Assembly (NCBI RefSeq): GCF_001902145.1
Contig: NZ_MRST01000026.1
Span: 524,095 to 564,094, forward strand
Origin: Pseudomonas fluorescens
Lineage (GTDB): Bacteria > Pseudomonadota > Gammaproteobacteria > Pseudomonadales > Pseudomonadaceae
Direction: 5' to 3'
Length of the DNA: 40,000 nucleotides
Part shown: piece after piece, positions 26,765 through 34,500 of the stretch
Position numbering within the stretch: the first letter of the stretch is position 1
How the letters are laid out: each line of letters starts with the position of its first letter
The notes under the pieces: model-generated
The model's input: only the letters and a program-made list of their open reading frames with translations
Databases searched by the model: none
Told to the model about the DNA's origin: nothing
Position numbers and translations under genes: made by a program

Positions 26765-28173
26765 GGCAAAGTTTTCTCGTACAGTTTTTCTCCTATCTGT
26801 TCTCCACGCGTACCGCCGATAGTCGTGCCCGCCCATGCGCCTGCCCCAACCAAAGTCGCGACACACACAACGCCCCCTATACCTGTCGTAACACCAAGCG
26901 CCAGACAGATCGCGCCACCAGCAACACCGCCTGCCGATCCACCAAATGCGCCGCCGACAACCGAACCGCCGAACTTTCCACCCTCTGTAAACTTGATCTT
27001 TTCGCAAGCCGCTCCGGAATCGTTATTGCAAACCTGCTGTATCGCCAATGAGGCGGATACGCCGCCAAGGGCAATTCCGATGTAACCACCTGCCTTCATG
27101 TATCTGGCCGCGCGGCTGGTCGCTTCCACATGCGCCGAATAACCCGGAATCTGCCCAGGCCCACCCGCTTTGTCCCAGTGATGCACCAGACTGCGACTGG
27201 AAATACCCAGGGCTGTTTTCAACTTGGGGTGGTCGCCCAGGGTGGTTTGGCCACGTAATCGCGTGGAGTTGAGCAGGTGGGCATCCAGCTGGTTCATAAG
27301 ACGCTGGCGATCGGTGAAGAACTGCGACGACTTGAGGTGGCCGTGTTGGCGATAATTTTCTTGATGTAAACGTTCGATAGCTTGGAGGGTGTCGCGTAGG
27401 TTGTTCATGTGCGTTTCCATCACCACAGCGCTAACGCCAAGCCAGGTTGAGGTATGGCCGATAAAGCCAGCGATCTCGGCACCGTGTCGATACAGAAAGT
27501 CGGCCTCGTCCGGCGTCAGCGAGTCCAGAGATGCGCTGACGTGTTGTGCAGCCTGCATCAGCTGCGCTTCCTGATAGGTGCAGGAGGTGTTGTTCGGATC
27601 GCTGAGCACGATCATCGAGCCGGCTTTGACGTGGCTCGTATTGGGATTCAATGCCTGAAGCTTGCGCATTACAGCCGGGTCGAGCGTCGGAAAAAGTGTG
27701 GCCTCCAGCGCCTCGCGGGTCATGCTCTGCGGCACGATATAGAAGCCAGGCTCCTGGCCGTGCGCACCGTTGTATGTTGTTGGCACTGTATGAGCGGATG
27801 GCGCGAAACCAGATTGACGCGGTGCTGCAGGGCTGCCATTTACAGCTGATGCATTCGATGAAGCAACTCGCTGCCCCATAGGAGATGCGGCGCTCTGGTT
27901 TGAGTAGGTGGCCGAGTACACCGAGGGAATCAGGCGAGCTCGACAGGGGCAACTGCTGAAGCTATCCAGCGTGCCAGCGACACGTTTTCCATGACTTTGA
28001 ATATGGGAAATGCCGCCTAGAATCTGGTAAGTCCCTGTGTGTTTCCCGCACGTCACTCGGTCGCCTTCGCGCGCGTGGAGAACACCGTGCATATTTACCC
28101 TGGGGTCACCGTCGAGAATCTTACCGCCGCATGTGGTTTTGTCACCTAGACCAACAAAGTACCCTTCACTCAT
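26761..28173 (-). CDS. PAAR-domain protein with a C-terminal glycine-zipper membrane domain (candidate T6SS pore-forming effector)
   Basis: 470 aa. The N-terminus MSEGYFVGLGDKTTCGGKILDGDPRVNMHGVLHAREGDRVTCGKHTGTYQILGGISHIQSHGKRVAGTLDSFSSCPC has the repeated GD...CGG / x-I-x-GG / G...A PAAR-type pattern. The C-terminus is GGKFGGSVVGGAFGGSAGGVAGGAICLALGVTTGIGGVVCVATLVGAGAWAGTTIGG (GxxxG zippers). Confidence 0.8.
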   Translation of the reverse strand: MSEGYFVGLGDKTTCGGKILDGDPRVNMHGVLHAREGDRVTCGKHTGTYQILGGISHIQSHGKRVAGTLDSFSSCPCRARLIPSVYSATYSNQSAASPMGQRVASSNASAVNGSPAAPRQSGFAPSAHTVPTTYNGAHGQEPGFYIVPQSMTREALEATLFPTLDPAVMRKLQALNPNTSHVKAGSMIVLSDPNNTSCTYQEAQLMQAAQHVSASLDSLTPDEADFLYRHGAEIAGFIGHTSTWLGVSAVVMETHMNNLRDTLQAIERLHQENYRQHGHLKSSQFFTDRQRLMNQLDAHLLNSTRLRGQTTLGDHPKLKTALGISSRSLVHHWDKAGGPGQIPGYSAHVEATSRAARYMKAGGYIGIALGGVSASLAIQQVCNNDSGAACEKIKFTEGGKFGGSVVGGAFGGSAGGVAGGAICLALGVTTGIGGVVCVATLVGAGAWAGTTIGGTRGEQIGEKLYEKTLP

Positions 28174-28607
28174 TGTTTTGCCCTTTATCCATATAGTGTT
28201 TGGTCGTGCTTTCCTCCCCGCCTCGATAAGAAAACTGACGCGTGACGCATTTCAATCGAGGTAAACGAGTAAGGGAAAGTCAGCGGCAAGCCAAACTTTG
28301 GAGAGGGATTTACTTAGGGTAAAGTCGGACGATTCCGGGAGTTTCGTCGTATAAATCTGATAGGGCTGCGGCACCCGATGCCGTGCACCGGGCGCGAATT
28401 ACTTGCCACTAACATTTCCAGGCGAAGAGAGGCAGCTGTACGCGGGCTGGAAACCGGGGCAAAAGGAACCCGGCAGACCCGAAGGTCTCCCACGCTCAGC
28501 CGCCATAAAGCACAAAGGGCAGGCATAAAAAAAGCGTCTGCTGATTGTTTGACGACGCTGTAGCGTCCTTGAGCATCGGGTTTCCAGGCACGGTCGTCAA
28601 ATGGCTG

Positions 28608-28703
28608 TTGTGGCGAGGGAGCTTGCTCCCGTTGGACTGCGCAGCAGTCCCATTTTCCGGGGCCGCTTCGCGACCCAGCGCGAGCAAGCTCGCTCGCCAC
28701 AGG
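28608..28703. repeat. REP-like extragenic palindrome
   Basis: tgtggcgagggagcttgctc ... gagcaagctcgctcgccaca, with one arm mismatch and an inner hairpin ggactgcgcagcagtcc. Confidence 0.8.
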
Positions 28704-28973
28704 TAAGATATTTATCGGCCCCAGCGCGCCTTTTCCTATTGACCGTTCCTCGGTCAATTGCGCCCCTTGCAGACGGCTGGCGCGCAGCTAGGTATAGTGC
28801 CGCCCCTCTTCGCGTCTGCGGCCGTCGGTAACGAGGCCCGGGTACCACGCGAAAGCGCATGAATAACAACACCCGCAAAAGGATGGGGATCGAGCGTCGT
28901 GCACTGCCTGGTGCCGAGCGATGTGTCGGACCGTCCTGCGTTTGCCATCAGAAAAATCAGCGAGGAACACTCC

Positions 28974-30419
28974 ATGCTCGAAGTCATCAACGACTTCCTC
29001 TCAGGGAAAGTACTGATCGTGCTCATTGTCGGGCTCGGCGGTTATTTCACGATCCGCTCGCGTTTCGTTCAATTGCGTCACTTTTTCCACATGTTCTCGG
29101 TGTTTAAAGACAGCCTCAAGAGCAGCGCCGGTCAACTCAGCTCGTTCCAGGCGCTGATGCTCAGCCTGGCCGGCCGTGTGGGTGCCGGTAACATCGCAGG
29201 CGTCGGTATTGCCGTGACCCTGGGTGGCCCGGGCGCCGTGTTCTGGATGTGGGTCACCGCACTGGTGGGTATGTCTTCGAGCTTTATCGAGTGCTCCCTC
29301 GGCCAGTTGTACAAGCGCACCGACGCTGAAGGCACCTACCGTGGCGGCCCGGCGTATTACATCCAGCACGGCCTGCACAAGCGCTGGCTGGGGATGGTCA
29401 TGGCGTTCCTGTTGCTGGTGACCTTCGGCTTTGCCTTCAACGGTCTGCAAGCCCACGCCGTGACTCACTCGCTCAATAACGCCTTTGGCCTCGACACCAC
29501 CTACACCGGCCTCGCGCTGGCGGTGTTGCTGGGCCTGGTGTTCATTGGCGGGATCAAGCGTATCGCCTCGATCGCCGACCTGCTGGTGCCGGTCAAGACC
29601 CTGGTCTACATCGCCGTGACCCTGTACGTGATCGTGCTGCAATTCGACCACGTACCGGCCATGCTCGCGACCATCGTCAAGAGCGCCTTCGGCCTCGACC
29701 AAGCCTTCGGTGGCCTGGTGGGCAGCGCGATCATCATGGGCGTGAAACGCGGCGTGTTCGCCAACGAAGCAGGCTTAGGCAGTGCGCCTAACGTGGCGGC
29801 AGTGGCGTCGGTAGAGCACCCGATCGCCCAGGGCGTGGTGCAAGCGTTCAGCGTGTTCCTCGATACTTTCGTGATCTGCACCTGCACTGCGTTGCTGATC
29901 CTGCTGTCCGGCTTCTACACCCCAGGCTTTGAAGGCGACGGCATTGCCCTGACCCAGAACTCCCTGGCGGCGGTGGTGGGTGACTGGGGCCGCATGTTCA
30001 TCTCGGTGGCCCTGGCGTTGTTCGTGTTCACCTCGATCATGTACAACTACTATTTGGGCGAGAGCAACCTGCGCTTTCTGGTCGGCAACAACCGCAAGGT
30101 GCTGATGGGTTATCGCGCCTTGGTGCTGGTGCTGATCTTCTGGGGTTCCATCGAGAACCTGAGCACGGTGTTCGCCTTCGCCGACATCACCATGACCATG
30201 CTCGCGTTCGTCAACCTGTTCGCCCTGGCGTTCCTGTTCAAGATTGCCATGCGCATCCTCAACGACTACGACAACCAGCGTGCGGCGGGTATCAAGACCC
30301 CGGTGTTCGATTCCAGCCAGTTCCCTGACCTGGACCTGGACCGCAAGGCTTGGCCGGCTAACCCGGTGAAACCTGAAGCGGCACCGGCGGCTGAACTGAG
30401 CGCTCAAGCACAACGTTAA
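28974..30419 (+). CDS. Alanine/glycine:cation symporter (AGCS family)
   Basis: ATG at 28974 (MLEVINDFLSGKVLIVLIVGLGGYFTIRSRFVQLRHF...). SSFQALMLSLAGRVGAGNIAGV and GVFANEAGLGSAP are AGCS hallmarks. Confidence 0.92.
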   Translation: MLEVINDFLSGKVLIVLIVGLGGYFTIRSRFVQLRHFFHMFSVFKDSLKSSAGQLSSFQALMLSLAGRVGAGNIAGVGIAVTLGGPGAVFWMWVTALVGMSSSFIECSLGQLYKRTDAEGTYRGGPAYYIQHGLHKRWLGMVMAFLLLVTFGFAFNGLQAHAVTHSLNNAFGLDTTYTGLALAVLLGLVFIGGIKRIASIADLLVPVKTLVYIAVTLYVIVLQFDHVPAMLATIVKSAFGLDQAFGGLVGSAIIMGVKRGVFANEAGLGSAPNVAAVASVEHPIAQGVVQAFSVFLDTFVICTCTALLILLSGFYTPGFEGDGIALTQNSLAAVVGDWGRMFISVALALFVFTSIMYNYYLGESNLRFLVGNNRKVLMGYRALVLVLIFWGSIENLSTVFAFADITMTMLAFVNLFALAFLFKIAMRILNDYDNQRAAGIKTPVFDSSQFPDLDLDRKAWPANPVKPEAAPAAELSAQAQR

Positions 30420-30434
30420 TCACCGCTAGATGAC

Positions 30435-30478
30435 ACGCCGCCCGGCCTTGGGCATGCTCTGGGCCCGGCGGCGTTTTT
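30435..30478 (+). terminator. Rho-independent terminator after the symporter gene
   Basis: acgccgcccggcc ... ggcccggcggcgt is a 13-bp stem with one mismatch, followed by ttttt (30474-30478). Confidence 0.8.
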
Positions 30479-30496
30479 CGTTCAGGAGATTTTTCA

Positions 30497-31480
30497 ATGC
30501 TTTCAGCTAACAACGTGATGGTGCTCTACACCGGCGGCACTATCGGCATGCAGGCCAGCGCCAATGGCCTGGCGCCCGCATCTGGTTTTGAAGCGCGCAT
30601 GCGCGAACAACTGGCAGACCAACCCGTGCCTGCCTGGCGCTTTCGCGAAATGTCACCGTTGATCGACAGCGCCAATATGACGCCCGAGTATTGGCAGCGC
30701 CTGCGTACCGCCGTGGTAGAAGCTGTGGATGAGGGCTGCGATGCGGTGCTCGTCCTGCACGGCACAGACACCCTGGCCTATAGTGCGGCGGCGATGAGCT
30801 TCCAATTGCTTGGCTTGCCTGCCCCGGTGCTGTTCACCGGTTCCATGCTGCCTGCCGGGGTCCCCGACAGCGATGCCTGGGAAAACGTCAGCGGTGCCTT
30901 GGCCGCGCTCGGCGCAGGCCTGCCGGCGGGGGTGCAACTGTACTTCCATGGTCAGCTGTTGGCGCCGACCCGTTGCGCCAAAGTGCGCAGCTTCGGCCGT
31001 CATCCGTTTGCCGCCCTGCAACGCCAGGGCGGTATGGCCCGCGCCGAATCACTGCCGGCCGCGCTGGACTGTCGCCAACCCAAGGGCATTGCCGATATCG
31101 GCGTGTTGCCGTTGGTGCCCGGCCTGCGTGCAGCGCTGGTGGACAACCTGATCGATAGCGGTGTGCAGGCGTTGATCCTGGAGTGCTACGGCAGCGGTAC
31201 CGGTCCCAGCGACAACCCCGAGTTCCTTGCCAGCCTCAAACGCGCGCAGGCCCAAGGTGTGGTCGTGGTCGCGATTACCCAATGCCATGAAGGTGGCGTG
31301 GAATTGGACGTCTACGAAGCCGGCAGTCGCCTGCGCGAGGCCGGGGTGCTGTCAGGCGCCGGCATGACCCGCGAAGCGGCGTTCGGCAAGCTCAACGCCT
31401 TGATCGGCGCAGGCCTTGCCACTGACGAAGTGCGCCGCCTGGTCGAATTGGACCTGGGTACCGAGCCGCACGCTAGATAA
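30497..31480 (+). CDS. ansA: L-asparaginase, type I (cytoplasmic)
   Basis: VLYTGGTIGM (catalytic Thr motif), HGTDT, and an overall length of 327 aa. The RBS aggag is at 30484-30488. Confidence 0.9.
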   Translation: MLSANNVMVLYTGGTIGMQASANGLAPASGFEARMREQLADQPVPAWRFREMSPLIDSANMTPEYWQRLRTAVVEAVDEGCDAVLVLHGTDTLAYSAAAMSFQLLGLPAPVLFTGSMLPAGVPDSDAWENVSGALAALGAGLPAGVQLYFHGQLLAPTRCAKVRSFGRHPFAALQRQGGMARAESLPAALDCRQPKGIADIGVLPLVPGLRAALVDNLIDSGVQALILECYGSGTGPSDNPEFLASLKRAQAQGVVVVAITQCHEGGVELDVYEAGSRLREAGVLSGAGMTREAAFGKLNALIGAGLATDEVRRLVELDLGTEPHAR

Positions 31481-31573
31481 GTAGCCCCCACCCTGACTTG
31501 CCCTTTCCTAGCATGGGAGCCCCGAGCGCTGACCTCGGGTTGTTCCCATCAACCGGCAAGACAGGGATGTACC

Positions 31574-34500
31574 ATGACCACACCAAGCGCCACCCCGCAG
31601 GCCCCCCAGCCAGAAGATTTAACCCAGAAGCTGATCACCCAGTTTTGCGTCGGCCCCTCGCTCACGGAGGTAGCCGGCCAGTTGTTGAGCGAGGCCCTGC
31701 AGCAGGCTTATCCAAACCTGCATATAAACCCGGACACCACGCTGATGGGCACGCCGGTCTGGGAGCTGGCAGACAATCAAATTGTGTCCAAGCCCCCTCT
31801 CTACAAGACGCTCAGCACCCAACTGACATCGCAAACACTGTCGGGCGTGCCGACGCTATGCCTTGAGGGAGAGCACTTTCTTACCCAGCCTCCGGTCGCG
31901 GAGCCTGCCATTCACTTGCCGGTGCGCATTGTCGAAGTCGCCAATACGATCAATGTCCTGGCTCCTGTCATGCTCCAGGCACTCAAGGAAAAATTGGTGG
32001 AGTTCTGGAACCACCGCAACGGCAACGGTCCTCGCTGGCAGGATTTTTCCAGCACTTTGCACAAAATATGGAATGTGCAACGCGTGGACGACTGGACCGA
32101 TGAAGACTGCGCACTGGCCCGCACCCTTTACCGCTCACCCGACTCTGCGAACCGCACGGCTGACGACAAGCTCAAGCTGCGGGCCTGCCTGGTCGACGTC
32201 GATCTGGTGCGCGGTGGCAAAATTACCCATTCCCATCAAGTACCCATTGCCGTGCTGCTAGGGCGCGAGCAGAACAAAAGCGTCATCCTCTGTCATTCGT
32301 TCGCCGGCTACCGGAAATTCTCCGACATGTCTCAGTTGGGCGAGTACCTGCCTACGCTGTTGTTACTATCGGATCAATACGAGCGTTTGGAGTGGCGTTT
32401 GTATGAACCTTCCGGCAACTTTTTCGAACAGCTGGCCTGCTCAATGATCGCGTTACAAATTGAGCTCTCCATTGCCACCTCCGGCGGTAAGACAGCCACA
32501 TCCAGCGAGCAGCACGTAGACGTACTGACAGTGACCCAAGGCCAGGTAACCCCCAAGGGACCGGAGCTCCAGTGGTACCGCGAATCCCTGCCGGCCTGGT
32601 TGGCCACGGCCTCCAGTTCAGACCAGGTGTTTTACTCGCGTTATTTGAAAGACCTGGCCGCATTGAACAGCCTGAACGCAGGCAAAACCTACCAGGACGG
32701 CATTCCCGACATTCGGCAGTACGCCCTGGACAGGCTCAAGGCGCAGATCATCAAGGACCATCCCGAGGCCGCACACCTGGCCCTGGACACCCTGACCCTG
32801 AAGGTTGAAAGCCAGGTGGTCTGGGGCTTGTTTCCGGTGCCGGGCCAGATCCTGACCAGCAGCTTCAGCCTTGCCGACCTGGCCCTGCAAAATCTGATCG
32901 CGATACCTCTAGGGAACAAAAGCCTGACGATGGGGACACGCCACACATTGCCAGCGTGGCTGACTGTGCAATACGTGGAAGGGCTGATTACTCAAGTTGA
33001 TATAGGCACCACTTATCCGGCGCTGATCCGCAGCAAGTTGATCGATGACCCAGCCGAGGTATTGCGGCGTAAAACCCTATACACCGAACACCTGCGCCTC
33101 CAGCTGCCGCTGTTGGCCCTGCAGTTCAAGATCCGTCAACAGAACGGGCTGGACGAGCGCGGCTACCGTTATGTGGCGGCCGTCATGCAGCCTGAAATCA
33201 GCGACCGGTACGTCGACGGGCAGGCCATTGTCATGCGCTACCTGGGGTTCATTCCCAAGCGCCGGCAGGGCAATAGCCAGGATGTGGTGACCAATATGTA
33301 CGTCATCGGCCCACAAAACGCCGACACCGGTCCCTGCCTGCTGTATCGCCCACTGTTCCAGCCGGTGTTGATTCAATACCCGTCACAGGCGAACCTGCTG
33401 TACGCCATCGCACAATCTCACCCCCTTCGAGACTCGGTGCTCGCCTGGTTACCGGACTCGGTGCGCCAGGACTACACCAACTACGTCTTCCCCAGTGAGC
33501 TGCCTTCACCCTGGGCCGTCGCCGATTTTCTGGTAGAACCGGACAAACTCTGGACGTTCAGCGGCCCAATGAGCCTTGGCGAGCAAGTGCTCAATGGTGA
33601 TCTGTTCAGCACCTTGTTCGAGGCCAACGCCAAGGCCCTAGTGGTATTGGCTGACCGCCAGTCGGTGTCCAATGCCGAAAGTCGCTGGGCCACTCTGAAA
33701 CAGGCCGGCTGGCTGATCTTCAATGCGGGCCTGCCTTTTATGGGGCGTATCGCCGGCACGGGGGCCTGGATCTGGCAGATCGTCGATCAAGTACAGGCCT
33801 TCGTCGATGCACATGAGCACGGTGACCAGCCAGCGCAGTGGTCGGCGCTGACCGATGTATTGCTCAACCTGGGCATGGCCATCACGCTGCATGTCGCCAG
33901 CCGTCATCCCGGTACGAAAGTCATCACCTCAGAACCTGAGACAGCAAAACTCCCCGTTGCCCCGCCCATTACGGTCAAACAACTGCCTGAGCGCACGACC
34001 GATCACCTCCCGGCCGGTCATGAACTGGCGCTGCACACCAGCGGCGCGATTACGCGCACGGCCAGCAGCCTGGCAACATTGCTGGACAGCTTCAAAACTG
34101 AAAAGCCTGCTCAGTTGCCGGATGCCATCAGCGAACAGAGCGCCTACCAGCACCTTTATTTGCTCAACCAACACTATTACGCGCCGGTGGGCACGCGCTG
34201 GTTTGAAGTCACGCTGGAGGGTGACGAAACCATCGTGATCGTTGATCCCAAGCAGCCCCAGCGTACTGGCCCGCCATTGATTCATAACGCCAAGGGTGAA
34301 TGGTTCATCGACACACGCCTGCGCCTGCGCGGTGGCGGCCGCAAACAGCAGTTGAAAAGCGCCAAAGACAAGGCGCAGGCAGAGAGCGCCACGTTGCGCA
34401 CGAAACTGGAAACCTTCGAAAAAAACAAAACTGCGGCACAACGTGAACTGCAGCAGACCCACCAGGCCATCGCCGATGCCCCTGGCACTTCGGCCCAGGC

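Noticed and set aside
26765-27007. Upstream extension of the immunity-candidate ORF (210 aa in the track)
   Set aside because: It overlaps the glycine-zipper coding region of the PAAR gene and is Arg/Trp/Cys-rich (an out-of-frame read of Gly codons). The ATGA-coupled start at 26764 is far more plausible.
28314-28757. 147-aa minus-strand ORF upstream of the PAAR gene
   Set aside because: It reads straight through the REP palindrome at 28608-28703, and its sequence is low in complexity. It is treated as non-coding.
28704-28973. Possible glycine riboswitch or other leader upstream of the alanine/glycine:cation symporter
   Set aside because: Glycine riboswitches often precede such symporters. 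I could not find the conserved GGAGAG...CACCG/GGGCAA...CTCAGGC...GGAC core elements by eye. A cmscan would be needed to settle this.
31481-31573. hrp-box (GGAACC-N15/16-CCACNNA) or other T3SS-type promoter upstream of the giant gene; also checked at 39475-39589 for the paralog
   Set aside because: No GGAACC...CCAC arrangement is present in either upstream region, so T3SS regulon membership cannot be argued from the sequence.
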